Origin: an uncultured Candidatus Rokubacteria bacterium
GTDB lineage: Bacteria; Methylomirabilota; Methylomirabilia; Rokubacteriales; CSP1-6
NCBI GenBank assembly: GCA_963754315.1
Contig: CAVWFS010000019.1
Coordinates: 672,001-736,000 of the forward strand
Direction: 5' to 3'
Length of the DNA: 64,000 nucleotides
Below are positions 39,155 to 50,319 of this stretch, piece after piece. Numbering within the stretch: position 1 is the first letter of the stretch; each line of letters opens with the position of its first letter. The notes beneath the pieces were generated by a model. That model did no database searches, was not told where the DNA came from, and saw only the letters and a program-made list of their open reading frames with translations. The position numbers and the translations under genes were made by a program.

Positions 39155-40129
39155 TCATTTGAGCTTCGGGTCGAGCGCATCGCGCACACCGTCGCCGAGG
39201 AACGTAAAGGACAGCATGGTGATGGCAATGGCAATCGATGGAAACACGCAGAGATGCCAGGCCGAGCGCAGATACTGCTGGCCTTCGCCCACCATCTGCC
39301 CCCAGGAGGGCGTGGGCGGGTTGATGCCGACCCCGATGAAGCTGAGAGCGGCCTCCGTGAAGATCGCCTCCGGGATGCCGAAGGTCACCGCGACGACGAT
39401 GGGGGTCAGCGCGTTGGGCAGGACGTGGCGCAGGAGTACCCGTCCCGATCGCCCGCCCAGAGCCCGCGCACCCTCCACGAACTCTTTGGCCTTGAGGGCC
39501 AGGACCTGCGCGCGGGTCTGGCGGGCGATGCTCACCCACCCAGTGAGGCCGATGGCGATGAAGATGTTGGTGAGCCCGGCCCCGAGCATCGACATGACCA
39601 GGATCACGAAGAGCAGGCGCGGGAACGCGTACATGACGTCGATGAACCGTGTGAGCAGGATGTCGGTCCGCCCTCCCATGAAGCCCGAGAGGGCACCAAT
39701 GGGGACGCCGATGGCGACCACGATGACTTGCGCCCCTAGACCGACGAGCATGGACACTCGAGCCCCGTAGATCATCCTGGAGAGCATGTCGCGGCCGAGG
39801 TTATCGGTCCCCAGGGGATAGTCGCGGGTGGGCGTCTCGTTCAGCCGCCCGAAGTTGGTCTTTGTGTAAGGATAGGGCGCCAGGAAGTCGGCAAAGATCG
39901 CGATCAGGCAAAGCAGAACCACGACTACCCCGCCCACCACAGCCAGCCGATTCCGCAGCAGCCGCCGAAACGCGTCCCGCCACAGACTCGAGGAGCGGAC
40001 TCCCTCCAAGGTGGCCCCGGCCTCGATCGAGCGCGGGCTTTGCCCGCGCAATCCGACGGGGGGAGGTTCGGAAGGGGGGCGCAGCCCCCCTCCGAGCTTA
40101 GTAGCGGATGCGGGGGTCGAGAGCGCCAT
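39155..40129 (-). CDS. OppC/DppC-like ABC permease
   Basis: LGTDNLGRD, EFVEGARALG, HVLPN, EAALSF.GVG..PPTPSWG, GDGVRDALDPK. Start ATG 40129 or TTG 40009. Confidence 0.92.
   Translation of the reverse strand: MALSTPASATKLGGGLRPPSEPPPVGLRGQSPRSIEAGATLEGVRSSSLWRDAFRRLLRNRLAVVGGVVVVLLCLIAIFADFLAPYPYTKTNFGRLNETPTRDYPLGTDNLGRDMLSRMIYGARVSMLVGLGAQVIVVAIGVPIGALSGFMGGRTDILLTRFIDVMYAFPRLLFVILVMSMLGAGLTNIFIAIGLTGWVSIARQTRAQVLALKAKEFVEGARALGGRSGRVLLRHVLPNALTPIVVAVTFGIPEAIFTEAALSFIGVGINPPTPSWGQMVGEGQQYLRSAWHLCVFPSIAIAITMLSFTFLGDGVRDALDPKLK
40025..40096. repeat. Double-hairpin dispersed element (72 bp)
   Basis: gatcga-gcgcgggc/ttt/gcccgcgc-aatccgac-ggggggaggt-tcgga a ggggggc/gca/gcccccc tccga-g. Confidence 0.8.
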
Positions 40130-41024
40130 AGGCAAGATCGACGAGCAAGTTCATCAACGCCAGGAAGGCGCCGTAGCTGAGGACCACCGCCATGATCATC
40201 GGGTAGTCCCGACCGGTCATGGAAAGCACGAAGAAGCGGCCCATGCCGGGCACACGAAAGATCGACTCCACGAAGAACGATCCGGTTCCCACCGCCGCGA
40301 ACATGGGACCCAGCAGGGTGACGATCGGGATAAGCGCGTTCTTGAAGGCATGCTTGAGGATGACGGGCGCCTCCCCCAGCCCTTTCGCGCGCGCCGTCAA
40401 GGTGAAGTCCGACCGGATAACCTCCAGCATGCTCGCGCGGGTGAAGCGCGCGATGATCCCCATCGGGGCCAGCGCCAGGGTGATGGTGGGCAGCACCCAG
40501 TTGCGCCAGGAGTCCCAGCCCCCCGTGGGGAAGAGCGGAATAACTAATGAAAATAGGATGATCAGGAACACGGCGAGCACGAAATTGGGAACGGCCACCC
40601 CGAAGGTCGCCAAGGTGACCGAGACGTAATCCCACATGCGGTTCTGGTAGGTAGCCGCCAGGACTCCAAGGCTGATCCCGCCAGCCACGGCAAGGGCAAG
40701 CGCCATGGAGCCGAGGAAGAGCGAGATGGGAAACGTGTCAGACAGAATCTCCCGGACTGTGCGCGTCTTGTACACGAACGAGTTGCCGAAGTCGCCCCGC
40801 ACCGCCTTGCTCACGAAGATCACGAACTGCTCCCAGAGGGGCTTGTCGAGGCCATAGGCGGCAGCCAGGTTCTTCTGGGCCTCCGGGGACAGTGGGTTCG
40901 CGCCTTCGGCAACGGGGTCCAGAGGACTGCCAGGCGTGGCGTGCATGACGAGGAACGTCACGAGCGCCATCGCCAGCAACGTCGGAACCAGCCACAGGAT
41001 GCGCGAGACAGCGTATTGGAGCAC
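40098..41024 (-). CDS. OppB/DppB-like ABC permease
   Basis: YGLDKPL, GDFGNS, RFTRASMLEV, ARAKGL, HAFKNAL, VESIF..PGMG, LDPRIR. Confidence 0.93.
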   Translation of the reverse strand: MLQYAVSRILWLVPTLLAMALVTFLVMHATPGSPLDPVAEGANPLSPEAQKNLAAAYGLDKPLWEQFVIFVSKAVRGDFGNSFVYKTRTVREILSDTFPISLFLGSMALALAVAGGISLGVLAATYQNRMWDYVSVTLATFGVAVPNFVLAVFLIILFSLVIPLFPTGGWDSWRNWVLPTITLALAPMGIIARFTRASMLEVIRSDFTLTARAKGLGEAPVILKHAFKNALIPIVTLLGPMFAAVGTGSFFVESIFRVPGMGRFFVLSMTGRDYPMIMAVVLSYGAFLALMNLLVDLAYGALDPRIRY

Positions 41025-41117
41025 GTGAAGCCTCCCGGCGCCTCCGCGGCGAGGCCCCCACTCGGTACGGGTGCCTTACTATTCAGGGGAAGGCCACGGA
41101 CAGTCAAGTCTGACGGT

Positions 41118-41981
41118 CTACTGCGCCAGCGCCACACAGGCGACGCCGATCAGGACCACCAGCGCCCCTACCAGACGAGGCCTGAAGTTTGCCTCCCCCA
41201 TCAGCAGGCTACCGATCAGGACCGAGAACACGATGGAGCTCTCCCGAGCAGCGACAATGTACCCAACCTTTGCCAGCCGGAATGCAAAGAGAACCAGCAG
41301 GTAGCTGGTCAGGTTCATGCTGGAGGCAAGGACGATCGCCCGCCAGTTCACGCGCCACTCCCGGGCGAGGCTATCCCGTCGGGTGAGCACCCAGGGAGCC
41401 AGCAGTACGCTGATACCGACTCCCATCAAGCTGATATAGGCCAGAGGGTGCACTCGAGCGACTCCCGCCTTGTCGATGACTGAGTACGTTGCAATGGTGA
41501 GCCCGGTGGCGATCGACCAGATGGGGGGTCTCAGAAGGGTGCCCCACACGCTTCCGATGTTTCGGGAGGCTCCCAGCGCGTAGATGGCTACGATGCCGAC
41601 CACGACCAGCGCCACGCCGAGCGCGCCAAGGGCGGACACGCGCTCGCCGAGGAGCGCCAGCGCCAGGACAGGAACCAGCGCCACGCCGAGCCCACGCGCC
41701 ACCGGGTAGACGATCGACAGATCGCCGCTGGCGTACGCGCGCCCCAGCACCCAGAAATAGACAGCGTGAACGACGATCGTGGCCAGAACGAAGAAAGCTC
41801 CGCCTGGCCTCCAGTCTTCGACCAGGATCACCCAGGCCCCGAGGGGCGCCAAAAAGAGGCTCGCCAGAGACACCGAGGACCACAGGAAGACCAGGGGATC
41901 GCGGGCGCTTTTGGCGAGCGCGTTCCAGCCCGCATGGATGAGGGCCGCCGCCAGGACAAGGGCTAGGGCCCTGCCGCTCAT
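41118..41981 (-). CDS. EamA/DMT family transporter
   Basis: LIHAGWNALAK, GDLSIVYPVARG, YSVIDK, AARESS, ten TM segments. Confidence 0.9.
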   Translation of the reverse strand: MSGRALALVLAAALIHAGWNALAKSARDPLVFLWSSVSLASLFLAPLGAWVILVEDWRPGGAFFVLATIVVHAVYFWVLGRAYASGDLSIVYPVARGLGVALVPVLALALLGERVSALGALGVALVVVGIVAIYALGASRNIGSVWGTLLRPPIWSIATGLTIATYSVIDKAGVARVHPLAYISLMGVGISVLLAPWVLTRRDSLAREWRVNWRAIVLASSMNLTSYLLVLFAFRLAKVGYIVAARESSIVFSVLIGSLLMGEANFRPRLVGALVVLIGVACVALAQ

Positions 41982-41999
41982 GGATCGAAAAACCCTCTA

Positions 42000-42028
42000 T
42001 TGACTGATACTTGCGGATCGTATAGACT
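42000..42028 (+). promoter_or_regulatory. sigma70-type promoter of the DGQHR gene
   Basis: TTGACT-17 nt-TAGACT, 9 nt before ATG 42038, no SD. Confidence 0.7.
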
Positions 42029-42037
42029 TCGAAGCAA

Positions 42038-43171
42038 ATGATCACGGTGCCGGCCCACCGCGTCAAGCAGTTCGGAGTGGAGTTCTATCAGGCTGGGTTG
42101 TCCGTCAAGGATATTGACCGCCTCGTGAAGTTTGAGGTGCTCGGCTACTCGGGCGGTCCTAAGCCGGCAGAGCCAGTCAAGGCACGAGCGACAGCCCGCT
42201 CGCGGGTCAACTGGGATAGCCTCGAGCGGCGCATCACGGAGAGCGAGGCGGCATATCAGCGGCCCGTCATCCGACGCAAGATCGACGAGCTTATCGCGTA
42301 CTACCGGGAGTGCAAAGACGCGGCCACCTTGCCGGCGATTCCTGGCGCGGTCATTATCACCTCCGAGAAGCGCTTCACCTTCACCCCGGTGGCTGGCCAT
42401 CACGATCTCGGTCTCTTGCAGATTCCGGAAGAGCACGGCGTGCTTCGTGTCCTCGACGGACAGCACCGGCTGCTGGCCCTGCACGGACTCAGTCAGAGTG
42501 GCGACGGGCTCGGCATGGAAGTACCGGCCGTCCTCTTCGACTCGCTCGACGCCCGCCAGATCGTGGAACTGTTCGTGACGATCAACGCCAAGCACACCCG
42601 GTTGAACCCGTCGCACATCATCAGCTTGGCCGGGCGCAAGCTTTATCCCGACCCGAATCAGGCCCTCGCCCACGACGTGATCCGGTCGCTCAACGAGGAC
42701 GAGACGTCTCCGTTGCATGGCGACATCAAGATGCTCGGCACCGGGCGGGGACGCGTGAGCCAGGCCCCCCTCGCCGAGGAGATCGTCGACTTTCTGGAGA
42801 CCGTCGAGAAGGTTGGCGGCGGCGGTCGCATCCAGGAGCTGCGCGGGGGGGCCAAGCGGTTTTTCCTGAACTATGTGAAGGCCATCGCCGGCGTGTTTCC
42901 TACCGCGTGGGGTGGACGCAAGTACTCGATCAAGACGGGCGCCGCCTTGCGTGCGTTCGTGCGCGTCGCGCCCGACGTGATGGCTCGCGCGCGCGAGCTG
43001 CGACGCGACCCCTTCGATTTGCACGCCATCCGGGAAGCTATCAAGCCGTGGGGAGAACGGCTGCGCGATCGACGCTTCGAGACCGAGGGCGAGTGGAAGC
43101 TCAAGCTCGCCGGCGGCACCCGAGGCACCGTCGAGGTCCTCACGCGCGAGCTGCGCGACGCGCTCCGCTGA
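42038..43171 (+). CDS. DGQHR-domain protein (DndB/ParB-Srx superfamily)
   Basis: YQR, IP.AVI, VLDGQHRL, LFVTINAK motifs. Confidence 0.88.
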   Translation: MITVPAHRVKQFGVEFYQAGLSVKDIDRLVKFEVLGYSGGPKPAEPVKARATARSRVNWDSLERRITESEAAYQRPVIRRKIDELIAYYRECKDAATLPAIPGAVIITSEKRFTFTPVAGHHDLGLLQIPEEHGVLRVLDGQHRLLALHGLSQSGDGLGMEVPAVLFDSLDARQIVELFVTINAKHTRLNPSHIISLAGRKLYPDPNQALAHDVIRSLNEDETSPLHGDIKMLGTGRGRVSQAPLAEEIVDFLETVEKVGGGGRIQELRGGAKRFFLNYVKAIAGVFPTAWGGRKYSIKTGAALRAFVRVAPDVMARARELRRDPFDLHAIREAIKPWGERLRDRRFETEGEWKLKLAGGTRGTVEVLTRELRDALR

Positions 43172-43178
43172 TTGTTAT

Positions 43179-43253
43179 TGGGGGGCCCCGAAATGGCCCC
43201 CAAGCCCCCCGACGCTCGGAGCGCCCAGGGAAAACCCGTGGCGCTCCTCGATC
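43179..43253. repeat. Double-hairpin dispersed element
   Basis: tggggggccccgaaatggcccccaagccccccgacgctcggagcgcccagggaaaacccgtggcgctcctcgatc; near reverse complement of 63921-63993. Confidence 0.88.
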
Positions 43254-43258
43254 CGACG

Positions 43259-43756
43259 CTAGCCAGGCTTCTCGTTCTCGGTCCAGCTGAAGTTGACGTC
43301 GAGGATCTCGAAACTCTTGGTCCCCCCGGGAAGTTGGGCTCTGACCGTTTCTCCCACGCGCTTGCCGATGAGAGTCCGAGCCAGGGGTGACAGGATTGAA
43401 ATCCGCCCGCGCGGCGGCTCAGCTTCGTCAGAACCAACGATCCAGTAACGAACCGCCTTCCCTGACTCGTCCTCCAGCCTGACCGTCGAGCCGAACGTCA
43501 CCCGATCTCCGCTCGTGGGGGGATCGATGACCTCGGCTCGGCCGACCTTGTCCTCCAGCTCATTGATGCGCCCCTCGATGAAGCTCTGCTTCTCGCGGGC
43601 AGCATGGTATTCGGCATTCTCGCTCAGGTCGCCATGGGCCCGAGCCTCCGCGATGGCTTTGCTGATGGCGTGGCGGTCGACCCGCTTGAGGCGGTCGAGC
43701 TCGTCGCGCAGGCGTTCGAAACCCGCGCGGGTCATGGGAGTGCGCGGCGCTGACAT
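43259..43756 (-). CDS. greA: Transcription elongation factor GreA
   Basis: [46 protein letters not shown]. Confidence 0.96.
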   Translation of the reverse strand: MSAPRTPMTRAGFERLRDELDRLKRVDRHAISKAIAEARAHGDLSENAEYHAAREKQSFIEGRINELEDKVGRAEVIDPPTSGDRVTFGSTVRLEDESGKAVRYWIVGSDEAEPPRGRISILSPLARTLIGKRVGETVRAQLPGGTKSFEILDVNFSWTENEKPG

Positions 43757-43805
43757 GCGCCTTAACTTAACACGAGGGGCCGAATGGTTTACCCTGAGGG
43801 TTGTC

Positions 43806-45134
43806 ATGCCCCTCCGCGTCTGTGTCGCCCTTCTCTTCCTCGTGCTGACGGCGAGCGCGTGCAATCGGTCTCAGGCCGAGGCTCCCGCCAAGTCAGGGAA
43901 CCCGCCGGGGAAAGCGAGCGGGCCAGCAGCCACTGGCCCCTCCGCGATTCCCGTCACGGTGGGGCGGGCCGAGTCGCGAGCTGTTCAGCGCGCGGTCGAA
44001 ACCAGCGGCAGCCTGCTGGCGTGGGAAGAGGTCCAGGCGAAGACGGAGCAAGCGGGGACCATCGCCAAGCTCTTCGTCGATCTAGGCGACCGGGTGACGG
44101 CCGGCATGACGTTGGCCGAATACGACCGTCGTGAATTTCAGCTCACGGTGGAGCAGGCACAGGCGGACCTCAGCGCCGCCCGCGAATCGCTGTCACGGGC
44201 CCAAGCCACCGTGGCTGCCGGTGAGGCATCGCTACGCCGGGTGAGGGACAATTCGGCCTCTCTCGAGGCCGATGTCGCGCGGGCCCAGTCCCAGACGGAA
44301 TGGGCGCGCACGGAGCTGGAGCGAAGCCAACAGCTGTTCAAGAAGGAAATCATTGCCGCCCGAGACGTCGACAGTGCCCGTAACCTGTACAATACGGCGG
44401 CTGCCCAGCTGACCATGATGCAGACCGCGTTCGCTCAGCATCCCGACCAGGTGCGTGTGGCTGAGGCCCAGCTTCGCTCGGACCTCGCCGCTGTGCGAGC
44501 GGCCGAGGCGACCGTCAAGCAGCGTGAGGCTGCCCTCGGCATCGTCGACAAACGCCTGGGCGATACGACGGTGAAGGCGTCCATGGCGGGTTTCATCGCC
44601 CGGCGTCACGTCTCCGCTGGCGAGTTCGTCAAGGACAACACTCCGCTCTTCACCATCGTCGTCATCAACCCGCTGAAGTATGCGGGAACCGTGCCCGAGC
44701 GTCAGGCGCCGGAGCTGAAGATCGGCCAGACCCTGCGCCTGACCGTCGAGGCCTATCCCGACAAGACGTTCACCGGCACCATCACCCGGCTGGCGCCGGC
44801 GGTGGAAGTGGCAACGCGCACCTTGGCCGTCGAGGCCCGCGTGGCCAACGATGCCAACGCCCTCCGCCCCGGTTTCTTCACCAGGGGCACGGTGCTCACC
44901 CGCGAAGATCCGAGCGTGGTGGTCGTGCCGGCCGATGCATTGATGAATGTGGTCGGCCTCAACAAGGTGTTCGTGATCGCCGACGGCAAGGCCCAGGAAC
45001 GGCAAGTCCGCCCAGGAGTTCGCCAGGGCGGCACCCTCGAGATCCTGCAGGGCGTGAAGGCGGGAGAGACGGTGGCCACCTCGAATCTGCCCGCTCTCTA
45101 CAACGGTGCTCTCGTCACCGTGGTCACCCGGTAA
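43806..45134 (+). CDS. RND efflux membrane-fusion (adaptor) lipoprotein
   Basis: Lipobox ASAC, VDLGDRV, long coiled-coil hairpin, LRPGFF, VVVP. Confidence 0.92.
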   Translation: MPLRVCVALLFLVLTASACNRSQAEAPAKSGNPPGKASGPAATGPSAIPVTVGRAESRAVQRAVETSGSLLAWEEVQAKTEQAGTIAKLFVDLGDRVTAGMTLAEYDRREFQLTVEQAQADLSAARESLSRAQATVAAGEASLRRVRDNSASLEADVARAQSQTEWARTELERSQQLFKKEIIAARDVDSARNLYNTAAAQLTMMQTAFAQHPDQVRVAEAQLRSDLAAVRAAEATVKQREAALGIVDKRLGDTTVKASMAGFIARRHVSAGEFVKDNTPLFTIVVINPLKYAGTVPERQAPELKIGQTLRLTVEAYPDKTFTGTITRLAPAVEVATRTLAVEARVANDANALRPGFFTRGTVLTREDPSVVVVPADALMNVVGLNKVFVIADGKAQERQVRPGVRQGGTLEILQGVKAGETVATSNLPALYNGALVTVVTR

Positions 45135-48100
45135 GTGGGCCTGCTGGAGGTCTTTGTCCGCCGTCCGGTCTTCACCACGATGCTGCTCACCTCGCTCGTG
45201 GTGCTGGGAATCGCCTCCTTCATTCAACTGGGGGTGGACATCTTCCCCAAGGTTGACCTACCCACCATCACCATCACCACCCGCCTGCCGGGCGCCTCCC
45301 CCGAGGAGATCGAGAGCCAGATCACCAAGACCATCGAGGAGGCCGTCAACACCATTGCCGGCCTGGACGAGCTCCGCTCCAGCTCCATCGAGGGCCAGTC
45401 ACAGGTCTTCGCCACCTTCGTGCTCGAGCGCAACGTGCAGGAAGCCGCGAACGACGTGCGCGAAAAGGTGAGCGCCGTGGTGGCTCGCTTTCCCCCGGGG
45501 ACCGAGTCTCCAATCATCGAGAAGGCCGATCCCGACTCTGCCCCCGTGATGGCCGTGGTGGTCTCGGGCCAGCGCTCACCGCGCGAGCTCACCGAGATCG
45601 CCGATAAGCGAATCAAGCGTCAGCTGGAGACGGTCAAGGACGTAGGTGCCATCACCATCGTTGGGGGTCAGAAGCGGGAGATCCAGGTCTTCGTCGATCC
45701 CGACCGCCTGTCCGGCTATAGCCTGAGTATTCAGCAGGTCAAGGACGCCCTCGCCCGGCAGAACGTGGAGATTCCCGGAGGCCGCATCACGGGCGGCGCC
45801 CAGGAAGAGGGGCTTCGTACGCTCGGTCGGATCGAGAGCCCAGAAGCCTTCGAGAGCCTTATCGTGGCCGATCTCAAGGGGGGGCCCGTCCGCATCCGTG
45901 ACATCGCCACCGTGGTGGACGGCGAGGAGGAGCCACGCACGCTCTCCCGTCTCAACGGGCGCAACGCGGTCTCCCTCGTCATTCGCAAGCAGTCGGGAAC
46001 GAACACGGTGGCCGTGGTCGAGCGCCTCAAGGAGCGGTTGACAGAGATCCAGAAGGGGCTCCCCCAGGATATCCAGTTCGAGGTCGTCCGCGATCTCTCC
46101 CGGTTCATCAAGCGCTCGATCCATGAGGTGCAGGACCATCTGCTGCTAGGCGGTCTCCTGGCAAGCCTGATCGTGGCGGTCTTCATCGGCCGGCTCGTCT
46201 GGTGGGAGATGGCGGCGGTGGCCCTCATCGTGGGGACGGTGGGGGCCGCCTTCCTGACCGGCGACCCCGAGTTGCTCTTGCAGGTGACGGGCGTCTGCAT
46301 CGTCATCACCATGATCTTCTTCGCGGCGGTGCGGAAGCTGCGGCCCGCCTTCGTGGCTTCGCTGGCCATCCCGTGCTCGATCGTGGCGACTTTCCTGGCC
46401 ATGCGGATGGCCGGCTTTACGCTGAACAATCTGACCATGCTGGGGTTGTCTCTCTCCACGGGCATCGTGATCGACGACGCCATCATCGTGCTGGAGAACA
46501 TTTTCAGGCATATCGACGAGGAGCGGCGATCGCCCTTCGAGGCCGCCATCACGGGCACGAGGGAGATTGCCCTGGCCGTCACCGCCACCACCCTCTCCCT
46601 CGTCGTCATCTTCCTTCCCGTGGCCTTCATGGGCGGACTGGTGGGCAAATTCTGGAACTCCTTCGGGCTGACCGCCACCTTCGCCATCATGGTCTCGCTC
46701 CTGGTGGCCTTCACGTTGACCCCCATGCTGGCCGCCCGCATCTTCGGGGCTCACGCCCCCACGCTCGAGCCCGGCGGCCATCGCCGCGATGACGGTGGCC
46801 TCTATCGCGCCCTGGAGCGCGGGTACGAGGGGCTCCTGGGCTGGAGTCTCCGTCATCGCTGGGTGATCGTGCTCATCAGCCTGCTCATCCTCGGCTCCGG
46901 GTGGGTCCTGCTCACGCGATCCAAGATGGAGTTCGTGGTGGACGACGACATGAGCGAGTTCGAGGTGGTGGCAGAAGCCCCGCCCGGCTCCTCGCTGGCG
47001 CGCTCGGCCGAGCTGGTAGCCCACATGGAGGCCGAGATCCGCAAGATCCCGGAGGTCACCACGCTCTTCTCAACGGTCGGAGTGCGAGGCCAGGCTCAGT
47101 CCAACGTGGGAGACATCTCGCTCTACGTAGGTCTCAAGCCGTTGCGCGAGCGCAAGCGGAGCCAGGAGGAGATCAAGCAGGAAGTACGTCAGCGTCTGGC
47201 GGCCTTCCCGGGCATGCGGGTGAGCGCGCAGCAGATCAGCCTCATCGGCGGGGGTGGCTTCCGGCAGACGCCGTTCAACCTCATTCTGAGAGGGCCCGAC
47301 CTCGGCCGGCTGGAGGAGTACGCCCGCGTGGTCATCCGCGACCTCGCCAGCAAACCGGGCTTCGTCGACCTCGACACGGCCCAGGCCTATCGCCAACCGG
47401 AGGTCCAGGTTCACATCGACCGGCAGAAGGCCTCTGATCTTGGCGTGCGGGCCGATGCCATCGCCGCCGCCCTCCGGACGATGGTGGGCGGGGAGAAGGT
47501 CGGTTTCTATCGCGAGGGCGGCGAGCAGTACGACGTCCGCGTGCGCCTCAAGGAGGACTATCGAAGCGCGCCCGGCCCCCTCCCGAACCTCATGGTGCCG
47601 GCCAGTGATGGGCGCCTCGTGCGGCTCTCGAATATCGTCGACTTCGAGCGGGGCATGAGCCCGGGACAGATCGAACGCTACGCCCAGGAGCGCTCGGTCA
47701 CCCTCATCTCGAACCTCTATCAGAAACCGCTCGCCGACGCCTACAAAGAGGCCTACGCGGCGGTGGCCAAGCAGCGGATGCCGTCGGAGTATGGGATCGT
47801 CACCACTGGGCGGGGCAAGCTGATGCAGGAGGCTATCAAGAACTTCCTGATTGCGCTCGCGCTGTCCGTCGCCTTCATCTACATCGTGCTGGCCGCCCAG
47901 TTCGAGTCGTTCATTCACCCGGTGACCATCATGGTGTCGATGTTCCTGGCAATCCCCTTCGGTCTCCTCACCCTCATGGCACTCGGGATGACCCTGAATA
48001 TCTATTCGATCATGGGACTCTTCCTGCTCATGGGGGTCGTGAAGAAGAACGCGATCCTGCAGGTGGACTACACGAACGTCCTCCGTACGCGGGGGATGCC

Positions 48101-48413
48101 GAGGCGCGAGGCGCAGATGGAGGCGGACCGGGCCCGACTGCGCCCCATTCTAATGACCACGTTGGCCATCGTGGCGGGGATGCTGCCGGTGGCGCTGGGA
48201 CGCGGCGATGGTTCCGCCTCACGGGCGTCGCTGGCCACGGTGGTGGTGGGCGGGCAGATTCTCTGCCTGCTGGTCACCCTCATCGTGACTCCCGTCATCT
48301 ATTCGATGTTCGATGACCTCAGCGGACTGCGTGTATTTTCCTGGGTTCGCTTCCCACGCTGGTTCCGCCGCCGCACCTGGGTGCCAGGCGGCGAACGGGT
48401 CCCTGCGCGTTAG
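45135..48413 (+). CDS. RND efflux transporter permease (AcrB/MdtC-like)
   Basis: [47 protein letters not shown]. Confidence 0.95.
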   Translation: MGLLEVFVRRPVFTTMLLTSLVVLGIASFIQLGVDIFPKVDLPTITITTRLPGASPEEIESQITKTIEEAVNTIAGLDELRSSSIEGQSQVFATFVLERNVQEAANDVREKVSAVVARFPPGTESPIIEKADPDSAPVMAVVVSGQRSPRELTEIADKRIKRQLETVKDVGAITIVGGQKREIQVFVDPDRLSGYSLSIQQVKDALARQNVEIPGGRITGGAQEEGLRTLGRIESPEAFESLIVADLKGGPVRIRDIATVVDGEEEPRTLSRLNGRNAVSLVIRKQSGTNTVAVVERLKERLTEIQKGLPQDIQFEVVRDLSRFIKRSIHEVQDHLLLGGLLASLIVAVFIGRLVWWEMAAVALIVGTVGAAFLTGDPELLLQVTGVCIVITMIFFAAVRKLRPAFVASLAIPCSIVATFLAMRMAGFTLNNLTMLGLSLSTGIVIDDAIIVLENIFRHIDEERRSPFEAAITGTREIALAVTATTLSLVVIFLPVAFMGGLVGKFWNSFGLTATFAIMVSLLVAFTLTPMLAARIFGAHAPTLEPGGHRRDDGGLYRALERGYEGLLGWSLRHRWVIVLISLLILGSGWVLLTRSKMEFVVDDDMSEFEVVAEAPPGSSLARSAELVAHMEAEIRKIPEVTTLFSTVGVRGQAQSNVGDISLYVGLKPLRERKRSQEEIKQEVRQRLAAFPGMRVSAQQISLIGGGGFRQTPFNLILRGPDLGRLEEYARVVIRDLASKPGFVDLDTAQAYRQPEVQVHIDRQKASDLGVRADAIAAALRTMVGGEKVGFYREGGEQYDVRVRLKEDYRSAPGPLPNLMVPASDGRLVRLSNIVDFERGMSPGQIERYAQERSVTLISNLYQKPLADAYKEAYAAVAKQRMPSEYGIVTTGRGKLMQEAIKNFLIALALSVAFIYIVLAAQFESFIHPVTIMVSMFLAIPFGLLTLMALGMTLNIYSIMGLFLLMGVVKKNAILQVDYTNVLRTRGMPRREAQMEADRARLRPILMTTLAIVAGMLPVALGRGDGSASRASLATVVVGGQILCLLVTLIVTPVIYSMFDDLSGLRVFSWVRFPRWFRRRTWVPGGERVPAR

Positions 48414-50302
48414 GACCGTGGGAGCAGGTTGGGCGACACGTCCACTTTTGCCTTTGCCTGAGCTTCGTTGACCCAGCTCTCCCAGGCCTGATTTTGCTTT
48501 TGCGTGAGCACCTCACGTGAGAGCGTATCGCGCTCCCCGGCCAGCGCGCTCATGTCGGCCGGCACACGCTCCAGAACTTTGAGCGCGTAATAGCCCTGCT
48601 GAGAGCGCACGGGATCTGTGATCCCGTGCTGGGGGGTCTGTAGCGCGGCGATCATCGCGTCGCCTGGAAGGCGATCGGCCGGCTTGGCGCGCGTGAACAC
48701 CGGTGTTTCGCCGGTGACGGCACCTGCCTTCTTGGCGGCCGCTGCGAAGTCACCCGCGCGAGCGTCGGTCACGAGCTGCTTAGCTCGCTCCAGGGCCAGC
48801 ACCTCTGCCTTCTGGCGACGCACCGCCGCCAGCACGTTGTCGCGAATGTCGGCCAGGGCTGGGACGGTGGGTGGCCGGGTCTCCACATTCTTCATAACGA
48901 CCCAGCCCGTGGGCGTCTTGATTGGTTGAGACACGCCATTGGCACTCAGGCCGAAGGCGGTCTCCTGCATGGAGTCGGCCACGGGCGCCTGGCCGGGCGT
49001 GCGCTCAGGTCGATCGATCATCGTCTCCAGCGGCGTCATTCCGCGTGCCTTGGCCGCGGCCATGAAATCCGGAGCTGCTTGAAGCGCGTTCCGCAACTCG
49101 TCGGCCTTGGCCCGGGCCGCCCGGTCTGAGGCCTCGGCCGCCAGCCGCTCACTGATCTGTGCGGTCGCGGCCTCCTTAGGTTTCTTGGAGCCTTCCTTGA
49201 CGTCGGTGACCTTGATCGCGTGATAGCCAAATGGTGTGCGCACCGGTTCCGGGGAGAGCTCGCCTTTCTTGAGCTTGAACAACGCCTCTTCGAATGGGGG
49301 CACCATCTCGCCTTTACCGACGAAACCGAGGTCACCCCCGTTGACGGCCGAGGCAGGGTCTTGCGAGCGCTCGCGGGCCAGCTTGGCGAAGTCTTCGCCG
49401 CGCTTGACCCGGCTGATGATCTCGGCCACTGCTGCCTTGGCCTTGTCCTCCGCCTCGCTCCCTCCCGTCTCGGGAACCTTGAGAAGAATGTGGGCAGCCC
49501 GCACCTGGGGCGGGCTCTCGAATTCCGTGGCGTGCTCCTGGTAGTACTTCTCGATCTCCGCCGGGGTGACGGTAGGGGCGAAGTCCTTGGGATTGACGGA
49601 CACGTACTGGATTCGGCGTCGCTCCGGCTGACGGAAGTCGGCCTGATGGGTGTCGAGATATTTCTGCAGCTCCTCGTCGGTGGCCGTGACAGAGGCGATG
49701 AGTGGAGTCTGCTCGACCAGGGCCCAGGCCGCCCGCACGCCATCCCGACGATGCGCGAAAGCCTGTGCCAGCTCGGCCTCGGATACCTTGATGCCTCCCT
49801 TGATCAGCCCTTCCATTTTCTGGCGGGTGAGCTGACGACGCATCTCCTCCTCGAAGGCCGGCTTCGAAAGATTCTGTGCCCGCAGAAAAGCTTCGTAGCG
49901 TTTCAGCGAGAAGCGGCCGTTCTCCTGAAAGGCCGGCACAGAATGCATCTGGGCATTGAGCTCGGCGTCGGTGAGGGTTAGCCCTTCCTTCGCGGCGCGC
50001 TGGACGACGAGTGCCTCTTGGACGAGATCGCTCACCACCTGTCGGGGCAGGCCTAGTTGCTGGGCCACCTCCGGCGAGAAGCGGTCGCGGTACATCTGCG
50101 CATACGCGTTGTAGTATGCCCGGAACCGACGCTCGTACCGGTCAAGGGGAATCGACTCTCCGTTCACCGTGGCGACCGAGTCCTGCCGGACTCCTGAGCT
50201 ACCGGCGCCAAAGACCACGACCGAGGTCACCACAAACGCCACGATGACGAGTAACAGAGCGATCTGGAGCGTCTTGCGATACTGCCGCATCACAGTGATC
50301 AT
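48410..50302 (-). CDS. PpiD/SurA-type membrane-anchored parvulin PPIase chaperone
   Basis: N-terminal anchor, [46 protein letters not shown]. Confidence 0.92.
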   Translation of the reverse strand: MITVMRQYRKTLQIALLLVIVAFVVTSVVVFGAGSSGVRQDSVATVNGESIPLDRYERRFRAYYNAYAQMYRDRFSPEVAQQLGLPRQVVSDLVQEALVVQRAAKEGLTLTDAELNAQMHSVPAFQENGRFSLKRYEAFLRAQNLSKPAFEEEMRRQLTRQKMEGLIKGGIKVSEAELAQAFAHRRDGVRAAWALVEQTPLIASVTATDEELQKYLDTHQADFRQPERRRIQYVSVNPKDFAPTVTPAEIEKYYQEHATEFESPPQVRAAHILLKVPETGGSEAEDKAKAAVAEIISRVKRGEDFAKLARERSQDPASAVNGGDLGFVGKGEMVPPFEEALFKLKKGELSPEPVRTPFGYHAIKVTDVKEGSKKPKEAATAQISERLAAEASDRAARAKADELRNALQAAPDFMAAAKARGMTPLETMIDRPERTPGQAPVADSMQETAFGLSANGVSQPIKTPTGWVVMKNVETRPPTVPALADIRDNVLAAVRRQKAEVLALERAKQLVTDARAGDFAAAAKKAGAVTGETPVFTRAKPADRLPGDAMIAALQTPQHGITDPVRSQQGYYALKVLERVPADMSALAGERDTLSREVLTQKQNQAWESWVNEAQAKAKVDVSPNLLPRS

Positions 50303-50319
50303 CGGAACTCCTCTTTATA

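Noticed and set aside
40025..43253. Repeat elements as group II intron domain V/VI remnants
   Set aside because: GGTTCGGA-G-run and CTCGAT ends are reminiscent, but I see no AGC/CGC catalytic domain V helix or bulged branch A.
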